20,010 nt of DNA from Octopus sinensis. Its lineage: Eukaryota. The notes under the pieces were generated by a model. That model saw nothing but the letters and a program-made list of their open reading frames with translations. It made no database searches and was not told the origin of the DNA. This document shows positions 1 through 8,582 of the stretch, in pieces. Position 1 is the stretch's first letter, and every line of letters starts with the position of its first letter. The position numbers and the translations under genes were made by a program. Where the stretch lies: positions 1 through 20,010 of the forward strand of contig NW_021825422.1 in the NCBI RefSeq assembly GCF_006345805.1, in the 5' to 3' direction.

Positions 1-838
1 CCTGGCTATAGCAGAAAACACTGCCCAAGGTGCCACACAGTGGGACTGAACCTGGAACCATGTGGTTGGTAAAGCAAGCTACTTACCACACAGTCACTCC
101 TACGCCTATATATATCCATATATATATATATTATGACGGGCTTCTTTTAGTTTCCGTCTACCAAATCCACTCACAAGGCTTTGGTCGGCCCGAGGCTATA
201 GCAGAAGACACTTGCCCAAGGTGCCACGCAGTTGGACTGAACCCGGAACCATGAGGTTGGTAAGCAAACTACTTACTACACAGCTACTCCTGCGCCTATA
301 TATATACATATATACGACAGGCTTCTTTCAGTTTCCGTCTACCAAATCCACTCACAAGGCTTTGGTCGGCCCGAGGCTATAGCAGAAGAACAGCTTGCCC
401 AAGGTGCCACGCAGTTGGACTGAACCCGAACCATGAGGTTGGTAAGCAAACTACTTACTACACAGCTACTCCTGCGCCTATATATATACATATATACGAC
501 AGGCTTCTTTCAGTTTCTGTCTACCAAATCCACACTCACAAGGCTTTGGTCGGCCCGAGGCTATAGCAGAAGACACTTGCCCAAGATGCCACGCAGTGGA
601 CTGAACCCGGAACCATGAGGTTGGTAAGCAAACTACTTACTACACAGCTACTCCTGCGCCTATATATACATATATACGACAGCTTCTTTCAGTTTCGTCT
701 ACCAAATCCACTCACAGGCTTGGTCGGCCCGAGGCTATAGCAGAAGACACTTGCCCAAGATGCCACGCAGTGGGACCGAACCCGGAACCATGTGGTTGGT
801 AAGCAAGCTACTTACCACACAGCCACTCCTGTGCCTAT
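1..838 (-). mobile_element. Head-to-tail tandem array of about 4.6 copies of tRNA-derived SINE family B (about 180 bp period)
   Basis: Repeated units approx 128-298, 312-479, 493-660 and 673-838, plus a partial unit at 1-115. The reverse complement has a tRNA-like A box (TGGCTGTGTGG), B box (GGTTCAGTCCC) and a tail ending GGAAACTGAAAGAAGCCYGTCG followed by (TA)n. Confidence 0.85.
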
Positions 839-882
839 GTTGTTAATTATTTCATTGAAATACCTATGTTTTATATTTTCAG

Positions 883-1005
883 GTTGCAAATTTGACGATC
901 GCCACTCCCAGTGCAGGAACTTCAGTTCTTACGCTTGTTATACTCCGGATATCACAAAACTCTGCTGTGAGACTTGTAAGAGACACTGCAAAACAAATAT
1001 ACCTG
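883..1005 (+). CDS. Internal coding exon A, PLAC-like Cys-rich repeat: (G)CKFDDRHSQCRNFSSYACYTPDITKLCCETCKRHCKTNIP
   Basis: Pyrimidine tract plus AG at 881-882 (ttttatattttcag); donor G|GTAATT at 1006; 123 nt, phase 1-1; PLAC-type CC-x2-C cysteine spacing; NFS sequon; homologous to exons B and C. Confidence 0.88.
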
Positions 1006-1068
1006 GTAATTAGAACTTTATTCTAATCACTGTTTTTTCTGGGTTTTTTTTGGGTTTGTTAATATTTT

Positions 1069-1268
1069 TTGAGCTGGCAGAGTCATTACTGCACCAGATG
1101 AAATGCTCAGTGGCACTTTTACGTTCTGAGTTCAAATTTCACCACAGTCAACTTCACCTTGCATCCTTTTGGGTGTTGATGAAATAAGTACCAGTTGAAT
1201 ACTGGGGTTAATGTAGTCGACTTAACCTCTCCTCCAAAATTGCTGGTCCTGTGCCAAAATTTGAAACC
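1069..1268 (+). mobile_element. Diverged tRNA-derived SINE, family A (older subfamily with a different 3' tail)
   Basis: gagctggcag head, B box gagttcaaattt, core ...catccttttgggtgttgatgaaataagtaccagtt...ctgggg..., followed by (TAC)n. Confidence 0.7.
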
Positions 1269-1269
1269 A

Positions 1270-1284
1270 CTACTACTACCACTA

Positions 1285-1323
<39 letters not shown>

Positions 1324-1372
1324 TACTACTACTACTACTACTATTATAAATTATTATTATTATTGTTATTAT
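1270..1372. repeat. (TAC)n/(TTA)n microsatellite
   Basis: Direct reading. Confidence 0.9.
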
Positions 1373-1538
1373 AGGCGCAGGAGTGGCTGTGTGGTAAGTA
1401 GCTTGCTAACCAACCACATGGTTCCGGGTTCAGTCCCACTGCGTGGCATCTTGGGCAAGTGTCTTCTGCTATAGCCTCGGGCCAACCAATGCCTTGTGAG
1501 TGGATTTGGTAGACGGAAATTGAAAGAAGCCTGTCGTG

Positions 1539-1579
<41 letters not shown>

Positions 1580-1780
1580 GTGTGTATATGTTTATGTTTG
1601 ACAACTGAAGCTGGTGTGTTTACGTCCCCGTAACTTAGCGGTTTGGCAAAAGAGACCGATAGAATAAGTACTGGGCTTACAAAGAATAAGTCCCGAGGTC
1701 GATTTGCTCGACTAAAGGCGGTGCTCTAGCTTGGCCGCAGTCAAATGACTGAAACAAATATAAAAGAAAGAAAGAAAGAA
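1373..1780 (+). mobile_element. Composite SINE family B+C (tRNA head, (TA)n linker, module C ending cagtcaaatgactgaaac)
   Basis: aggcgcaggagtggctgtgtgg head; B part ends about 1540; module C at about 1596-1770; matches the reverse copy at 2462-2867. Confidence 0.85.
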
Positions 1781-1807
1781 ATTATTATTATTATTATTAT
1801 TATTCTT

Positions 1808-2035
1808 ATCATGAAAAATCTCAGCTTTATTTTGCTGTGTATGATGGAAAGTGTCAGCTGTCTACAGGCAGCAGACTAAGGTGACACTTGTTTACTGGTC
1901 ATGCCTCAAGAACTCTGCAGAGGACTATTGCAGTTCCAAGCAATGGTGATTTTTTTTTGGTAGCCATTCTATCTTTATATTTGTACCACTCTTTTTGAGC
2001 CCTGTTGGTAGTCGGGCACAGATATTTCCAAGCAT
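1808..2035 (-). mobile_element. 5'-truncated R4/Dong-like non-LTR retrotransposon, 3' end
   Basis: Minus strand reads MLGNICARLPTGLKKSGTNIKIEWL..LGTAIVLCRVLEA-stop (with a frameshift), then a 3' UTR containing AATAAA and ending in (AAT)n; clearly homologous to 2895-3090. Confidence 0.75.
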
Positions 2036-2040
2036 ATTTT

Positions 2041-2450
2041 AAGGCGGTGAGCTGGCAGAAACGTTAGCACGCTGGGCGAAATGCTTAGCAGTATTTCGTC
2101 TGCCGCTACGTTCTGAGTTCAAATTCCGCCGAGGTCGACTTTGTCTTTCATCCTTTCGGGGTCGATAAATTAAGTATCAGTTACGCACTGGGGTCGATGT
2201 AATCGACTTAATCCGTGTGTTGTCCTTGTTTGTCCTCTCTGTGTTTAGCCCCTTGTGGGTAGTAAGAAATAGGTATTTGTCTCCGTTACGTTGTGATTCA
2301 AATTCCCCCGAGGTCGACTTTGCCTTTCATCCTTTCGGGGTCGAAAATAAGTATCAGTTATGCACTGGGGTCGATGTAATCGACTTATCCGTTTATCTGT
2401 CCTTGTTTGTCCCCTCTGTGTTTAGCCCCTTGTGGGTAATAAGGAAATAT
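2041..2450 (+). mobile_element. Dimeric SINE family A (full monomer 2041-2272 plus 5'-truncated monomer 2273-2450)
   Basis: A box and B box (gagttcaaattcc); the core gcctttcatcctttcggggtcgataaattaagtaccag-like sequence occurs twice. Confidence 0.85.
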
Positions 2451-2461
2451 ATATATACTAT

Positions 2462-2867
2462 TTACTATTTTACTATTTTACTTGTTTCAGTCATTTGACT
2501 GCGGCCATGCTGGAGCACCGCCTTTAGTCAAGCAAATCGACCCCGGGACTTATTCTTTTGTAAGCCCAGTACTTATTCTATCGGTCTCTTTTACCGAACC
2601 GCTAAGTGACGGGGACGTAAACACACCAGCATCGGTTGTCAAGCAATGCTAGGGGGACAAACACAGACACACAAACACACATACACATATATATATATAC
2701 ATATATACGACAGGCTTCTTTTCAGTTTCCGTCTACCAAATCCACTCACAAGGCATTGGTCGGCCCGGGGCTATAGCAGAAGACACTTGCCCAAGATGCC
2801 ACGCAGTGGGACTGAACCCGGAACCATGTGGTTGGTTAGCAAGCTACTTACCACACAGCCACTCCTG
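2462..2867 (-). mobile_element. Composite SINE family B+C, reverse orientation
   Basis: Reverse complement of 1373-1780. Confidence 0.85.
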
Positions 2868-2894
2868 TTATTATTATTATTATTATTATTATCA

Positions 2895-3545
2895 TCATGA
2901 AAAATCTCAGCTTTATTTTGCTGTGTATGATGGAAAGTGTCGGCTGTCCACAGCCAGCATACTAAGGGTAACACTTGTTTACCGGTCATGCCTCAAGAAC
3001 TCTGCAGAGGACTATTGCAGTTCCAAGCTTCTATCTTTACATCTGTACCAATCTTTTCGAGCCCTGTCGGTAGCCGGGCACAGATATATCTCCAAGCATG
3101 CCACTCACTATTGGCATCACTATCCGCTCTCTTCACTGTCCGCACAACCTGCATATTTCTTGCATCAATTCATCAATATTGTTCGCATCTTCTGTTGTCA
3201 CTCGGATATGCTACGTCAATTATCAGGCATATTTTTTTTTTCCTGTTCCGTTCCCTTCAACAATGTCAGGTTTCCGATGTTTAATCAAATTCTCAGACCG
3301 GATCATTGCATCCCCATCGGATTTTCCGATCCTCATTCTCGGCTAACTCCTTTCTGGGATTTGTCATACCCATGCCTTTGATCTTTCTAGGCCATAATTT
3401 CCAGAAAGCTCCCAATGGATCTTTCCTGCCACATTGCCATGTTGCCTTTTGTGTTCGTGTGGTGCCATTTCCAGGCATTCACCACTCATAATTCACTGTC
3501 AATAATTCCATGTCTTCATATCCATACTCACCAATTCATTCTTTT
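2895..3545 (-). mobile_element. Degraded R4/Dong-like LINE fragment with the RLE endonuclease region
   Basis: Minus-strand reading with frameshifts: ECLEMAPHEHKRQHGNVAGKIHWELSGNYGL...AENEDRKIRW...IKHRKPDIV...ICLIIDVAYPSDNR...EICRL..IVMPIVSGMLG...LGTAIVLCRVLEA-stop. This matches the CCHC-like/PD-(D/E)xK restriction-like endonuclease C-terminus of R4-clade elements; (AAT)n at the 3' end. Confidence 0.85.
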
Positions 3546-3554
3546 ACCAATTTT

Positions 3555-3606
<52 letters not shown>

Positions 3607-3708
3607 CCACCACCACCACCACCATCATCATCATCGTCATCACCATCATCATCATCATCATTATCATTATTATTATTATTGATATTATTATTATTATTGA
3701 TATTATTA

Positions 3709-3739
<31 letters not shown>

Positions 3740-3861
3740 CATCATCATTATCATTATAATTATTATTATTATTATCATTATTATTAATTATATTATTATT
3801 TGTTATTCATTATTATTATTATTATTATTATCATCATCATTATTCATTATTATTATTATTA

Positions 3862-3927
<66 letters not shown>

Positions 3928-4068
3928 CATTCATAATATTATTATTATTATTATTATTATCAATATTATTATTACTATTATTATTATTATTATTATTGTT
4001 ATTATCATTAATATTATTATTATTATTATTATTATCATTAATATTATTATTATTATTATTATTATTAT
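3555..4068. repeat. Compound (ATC)n/(ACC)n/(ATT)n microsatellite
   Basis: Direct reading; explains the poly-I/L/Y/N ORFs. Confidence 0.95.
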
Positions 4069-4070
4069 TG

Positions 4071-4471
4071 AAGCCGTGAGCTGGCAGAATTGTTTGCATG
4101 CCGGGCGAAATGCTTAGGGGTATTTCGCCTGCCACTACATTCAGAGTTCAAATTCTGCTATGGTCGAGATGTTACAGCATGACTGAAAGCATGGGGAGGA
4201 GAAGTAGCAAAATACCTTCATGTAATACAACACTGACATTTAAATGGATAGGGTTTCACTAAGGATGTGGGCAGTACTTGTCAGTACAATCTTCTGGATT
4301 TCTCTGAGACATGGTTCTCCTGGGATGTTATCTAAATGTTTTTGACATCCCTTTTTTATCATACCCCTTAGATCAACTTTGCCTTTCACCTTTGCAGAGT
4401 CAATAAAATAAGTACCAGTTGAGTACTGGGGGTTAATGTAATTGACTTACTCCCTACCCAGAAATTTCAGG
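4071..4471 (+). mobile_element. SINE family A (older subfamily), split by an insertion at 4168-4370
   Basis: Head and B box at 4071-4167; resumes at 4371 (caactttgcctttcacc...gataaaataagtaccag-like sequence). Confidence 0.7.
4168..4370 (-). mobile_element. 3' end of a second R4/Dong-like LINE family, nested in a SINE
   Basis: Minus strand reads GMIKKGCQKHLDNIPGEPCLREIQKIVLTSTAHILSETLSI-stop (TAA at 4240-4242), the typical terminal ...LG..K...EIQK..L..TAHIL motif of RLE LINEs. Confidence 0.75.
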
Positions 4472-4499
4472 ATTATTATTGTTATCATTATTATTATTA

Positions 4500-4537
<38 letters not shown>

Positions 4538-4999
4538 GAGTGAGAGAGCAGTACATGCCTATTTCTTTATTACCCACAAGGGGCTAAACATAGAAGGGAC
4601 AAACAAGGACAGACATAGGTATTAAGTCGATTACATCGACCCCGGTGTGTAACTGGTACTTAATTTATCGACCCCGAAAGGATGAAAGGCAAAGTCGACC
4701 TCGGCGCAATTTGAACTCACAGCATAACGGCAGACGAAATACGGCTACACATTTCGCCCAGCATGCTAATGTTTCTGCCAGCTCGCCGCCTTTGGCAGTA
4801 CATGCCATTAAAGTGACACTGGGGTAAAATATACGAAGCTCAGAGGTGAATTATTCAAATGCCCAAAGAATCCCACTCAACACATGGCTATAATGTTCCC
4901 CCACTACTTCTACTCATGATCAGAAATGCCCATATCGTCAGCCACCAAGGGACATGCTCAACTGGTTAAAGTCAAACAATTGACAATCAAATCTGTGGT
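4538..4999 (-). repeat. Interspersed repeat E (gagtgagagagcagtacatgccattaaagtgacactgggg...), interrupted by the SINE; probably the (AAT)n-tailed 3' end of a retroelement
   Basis: Sequence is continuous across the TSD and abuts (ATT)n at 4537. The family assignment is inferred from memory of octopus repeats. Confidence 0.45.
4560..4794 (-). mobile_element. SINE family A monomer with a 12-bp target-site duplication GCAGTACATGCC (4548-4559 and 4795-4806)
   Basis: Full reverse-complement copy; exact 12-bp direct repeat on both sides. Confidence 0.9.
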
Positions 5000-5042
5000 T
5001 TATTATCATTATTATTATTATTATTATTACTATTGTTATTAA

Positions 5043-5082
<40 letters not shown>

Positions 5083-5148
5083 GTTATTATTATTGTTATT
5101 ATTATTATTATTGTTATTATTGTTGTTGTTGTTGTTGTTATTATTATT
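5000..5148. repeat. (ATT)n/(GTT)n microsatellite
   Basis: Direct reading. Confidence 0.95.
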
Positions 5149-5531
5149 AAGGCGGCGAGCTGGCAGAAACGTTAGCATGCTGGGCGAAATGCGTAGCCGT
5201 ATTTCGTCTGCCGTTACGTTATGAGTTCAAATTCTGCCGAGGTCGACTTTGCCTTTCATCCTTTCGGGGTCAATTAAATAAGTACCAGTTACGCACTGGG
5301 GTCGATGTAATCAACTTAATCCGTTTGTCCTCTCTGTGTTTAGCCCCTTGTGGGTAGTAAAGAAATAGGTATTTCGTTTGCCATTACGTTATGAGTTCAA
5401 ATTCCGCCGAGGTCAACTTTGCCTTTCATCCTTTCGGGGTCGATAAATTAAGTACCAGTTGCGCACTGGGGTCGATATCTGTCCTTGTTTGTCCCCTCTG
5501 TGTTTAGCCCCTTTTGGGTAATAAAGAAATA
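5149..5531 (+). mobile_element. Dimeric SINE family A (junction at about 5368)
   Basis: Same full-plus-truncated structure and junction as 2041-2450; followed by (ATT)n to 5658. Confidence 0.85.
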
Positions 5532-5672
5532 ATAATTATTATTATTATTATCATTATTATTATTATTATCATTATTATTATCATTATTATTATTATTATT
5601 ATTATTATCATTATTATTTATTATTATTATTATTATTATTATCATCATCATTATTATTCATTGTTTTTTCAG

Positions 5673-5789
5673 GCTGTGCATGTGGAGACAGACGAGATGG
5701 CTGTTCCAATATTACTAGACTTGACTGTTATACTCAACACAAGGAGTGCTGTCACACGTGTTCAAAACTCAGGGACACTACCTATCCTG
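5673..5789 (+). CDS. Internal coding exon B, PLAC-like repeat: GCACGDRRDGCSNITRLDCYTQHKECCHTCSKLRDTTYP
   Basis: Acceptor ttgttttttcag (AG 5671-5672); donor G|GTAGGA at 5790; 117 nt, phase 1-1, in frame with exon A; this frame is not in the ORF track; NIT sequon. Confidence 0.88.
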
Positions 5790-5937
5790 GTAGGATACCG
5801 CTATTACTACTACTATTAACTACTGCTACTGCTACCACTACTCCAACTACCACCACCACATTATACTAAGCATCACTTCTACTGCCACCACCACCACCAC
5901 CACCACCACCACTACTACTACCACCACCACCACTATT

Positions 5938-6231
5938 TATCTATCTGTGGATCTATGTATCTATCTATCTACGTCTGTCTATTTATCTATCTATTTATCC
6001 ATCCATCCATCTATCAATCTATCTGTGTGTCTGTTTGTCCATCCATCCAACCATCCATCCATCAAACTATCTATCTATCTACCTACCTACCTACCTGTCT
6101 GCCTGTCCGTCCATCTATCTCTCTGTCTATCTATCTATCTGTCTGACTGTCCATCTTTCACTCTATCTATCTATCTATCTCTATCTATTTATCTATCTAT
6201 CTATCTATTTATCTATCTATCTGTCTATCTG

Positions 6232-6267
<36 letters not shown>

Positions 6268-6286
6268 CTATCTATCTATCTATCTG

Positions 6287-6321
<35 letters not shown>

Positions 6322-6504
6322 CTATCTATCTATCTATCTATCTATCTGTCTATCTATCTCTATCTATCTATCTCTATCTATCTATCTATCTATCTCTATC
6401 TCTATCCATCTATCTATCTCTATCTATCTATCTATCTATCTATCTCTATCTCTATCTATCTATCTATCTATCTATCTCTATCTCTATCTATCTATCTATC
6501 TATC

Positions 6505-6539
<35 letters not shown>

Positions 6540-6562
6540 CTATCTCTATCTATCTATCTATC

Positions 6563-6599
<37 letters not shown>

Positions 6600-6674
6600 A
6601 TATCTCTATCTCTATCTATCTATCTCTATCTATCTATCTATCTATCTATCTCTATCTCTATCTATCTATCTATC

Positions 6675-6710
<36 letters not shown>
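5938..6710. repeat. Long (ATCT)n/(ATCC)n tetranucleotide microsatellite filling most of intron B-C
   Basis: Direct reading; source of the 272-aa YLSI ORF. Confidence 0.95.
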
Positions 6711-6712
<2 letters not shown>

Positions 6713-6963
6713 CCTCTCTTTTTACAAAACCAATGGAGATTTCATCTGATTGTAATATTATATAAATCATTGTATATACTATATACATAAAACTAACATT
6801 TTTTAAAAGGCCCTCACCCCTGTCTTTTCTCCTGACAAAAAATTTTTGGATCATACATCTAAATTTGTCCAAATTTTGTCAATATTTTAAACTTCTTTAA
6901 ATAAAAAAAAATATCATTATATGTCTAACTATATCCTTTTCTCTTTTCTTCTTCTTCTTCCAG

Positions 6964-7152
6964 ACTGTGAGTTTGGTGACCGCAGTGACCAATGCCTGGC
7001 TTCAAACTGTATCTACTACGACACTTATAGACAGTCCAGAGTCTGTTGCCAGACGTGTAGACATCTGCACACTCTAGTGGCCACCACCACAGAAGTTGCC
7101 AACAGTCCTCCCTCCCCTGTAGACAGTGCTGCAACTGGTACTGTACCCTTAG
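6964..7152 (+). CDS. Internal coding exon C, PLAC-like repeat plus Thr/Ser/Pro-rich stalk: DCEFGDRSDQCLASNCIYYDTYRQSRVCCQTCRHLHTLVATTTEVANSPPSPVDSAATGTVPL
   Basis: Long CT tract plus CAG (6961-6963); consensus donor AG|GTAAGT at 7153; 189 nt, phase 1-1; six-Cys pattern matches exons A and B. Confidence 0.9.
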
Positions 7153-7260
7153 GTAAGTTCCTTAAATATCGACTTCAAAATAAAAGCCAGCCCCAATACG
7201 AGCTTATAGCATATATATATATATATATATATTCTCTTCTGGTCAGCTTTCTTTAGTGTC

Positions 7261-7549
7261 CAGGTCTTAAGCAGATAAGGCCGAAAATGTCGCTAGAAGC
7301 TAGGATCACTAAGCATAGATTGGCATATTTTGGTCAGATTATGCGGAGAAAATCCCTGGAGAAGGACATCATGCTCGGAATGGTCAGTTGCAAGAGAGGA
7401 AGAGGCCGACCAAGAACCCGCTGGCTTGACACCATCAAGAGTGATACCGGAATGGACATGGCCAATCTGAAAGAAGCGGCCCAGGATAGAACTGACTGGA
7501 GGACACTGATCCAACGAGTAACCGAGAGTCGACTTCGACTGGGCGGATA
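7261..7549 (+). mobile_element. RTE-clade (BovB-like) LINE, 3' fragment
   Basis: QIRPKMSLEARITKHRLAYFGQIMRRKSLEKDIMLGMVSCKRGRGRPRTRWLDTIKSDTGMDMANLKEAAQDRTDWRTLIQRVTESRLRL matches the RTE ORF C-terminal pattern (YFGH.MRR..SLEK..MLG...G.R.RGR...RW.D.I...DR..W); ends in (AT)n. Confidence 0.9.
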
Positions 7550-7603
7550 TATATATATTATATATATATATATATATATCTGTATATATAAATAGATAGA
7601 TAT

Positions 7604-7770
7604 AGGCACAGGTGTGACTATGTGGTAAGAAGCTTGCTTCCGAACCACATGGTTCCAAGTTCAGTCCCACTGCATGGTACCTCGGACAAGTGTCTTCTAC
7701 TACAGCCTTGGGCTGACCAAGGTCTTGTGAATAGATTTCTTATATGAAAACTAAAAGAAGCCCTTTGTAT
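7604..7770 (+). mobile_element. Diverged SINE family B
   Basis: aggcacaggtgtgactatgtggtaag head through ctaaaagaagccc tail. Confidence 0.75.
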
Positions 7771-7944
7771 CATAACTTAAAATAGAATAGAAGATCTGAA
7801 ATCCACCTGATGAATGTCCTGAGAAGAGATATGAAACAATTGTAGTGGCGAATATATTTTTATTTATTTATATTAAAATTTTTTTATGTATTGGATTAAG
7901 TCTTCTTTGTTTGATTTGCAAAAATATAGTGGTTTGTCTCTTAA

Positions 7945-7982
<38 letters not shown>

Positions 7983-7984
<2 letters not shown>

Positions 7985-8360
7985 AATCGATCAATGGAAA
8001 TTGCAGATGTGTTACCAGTGCCGGTGGCATGTAAGAGAACTTCCGTTCGCGACCGTTGCCAGCACCACCCCGTTTCATGTCCGTTGCCAGCCTCGCCTGG
8101 CCCTCGTGCCGGTGGCACATAAAAAGCACCATCCGTTTGTGGCCGTTTGCCCGCTCTGTCTGGCACCTGTGCGGGTGGCACGCAAAAAGCACCACTACAC
8201 TCACGGAGTGGTTGGCGTTAGGAAGGGCATCCAGCCGTAGAAACACTGCCAGATTTGACTGGGCCTGATGAAGCCTTCTGGCTTCACAGACCCCAGTAGA
8301 ACCGTCCAACCCATGCTAGCATGGAAAGCGGACGCTAAACGATGATGATGATGATGATGA
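7983..8360 (+). mobile_element. SINE-like family D with three internal gtgccggtggcac.taaaaagcacc-like repeats and a (GAT)n tail
   Basis: Internal repeats at about 8017, 8105 and 8168; ggttggcgttaggaagggcatccagccgtag motif; ends gcggacgctaaacgatgatgatg; an isolated copy of the same terminus is at 9443-9472. Confidence 0.65.
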
Positions 8361-8379
8361 TATATATATATATTTGCAT

Positions 8380-8582
8380 GCCTGTGTTGGTCCCCCACCA
8401 TCGCTTGACAAATGATGTTGGTGTGATTACATCCCCATAACTTAGTGGTTTGACAAAAGAGACCAATAGAATAAGTACCAGGCTTACAAAGAATAAGTTC
8501 CGAGGTTGTTTGACTAAAGGTGGTACTCCAGTATGGCCGCAGTCAAATGACTGAAACAAGTAAAAGAGTAAAGAATAAAAGA
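8380..8582 (+). mobile_element. SINE module C (solo, diverged)
   Basis: Homologous to 1596-1770 and to the reverse complement of 2476-2670. Confidence 0.75.

Noticed and set aside
1811-1879. Signal-peptide-like mini-ORF MKNLSFILLCMMESVSCLQAAD (similar copy at 2897)
   Set aside because: It is the antisense of the R4/Dong 3' UTR and ends in TAA in both copies.
2806-3491. Plus-strand ORFs of 191, 115, 82 and 61 aa
   Set aside because: Antisense shadows of the degraded R4/Dong LINE and the adjacent SINE.
3510-4135. Long poly-Ile/Leu/Asn/Tyr ORFs
   Set aside because: Translations of (ATT)n/(ATC)n microsatellites, which are stop-free in some frames by construction.
5790-5869. Intron-retention isoform after exon B giving GRIPLLLLLLTTATATTTPTTTTTLY-stop
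   Set aside because: Simply the (CTA)n/(ACC)n tract read in frame; the donor is adequate and there is no evidence of use.
5947-6765. 272-aa YLSI-repeat ORF
   Set aside because: Pure (ATCT)n microsatellite inside the B-C intron.
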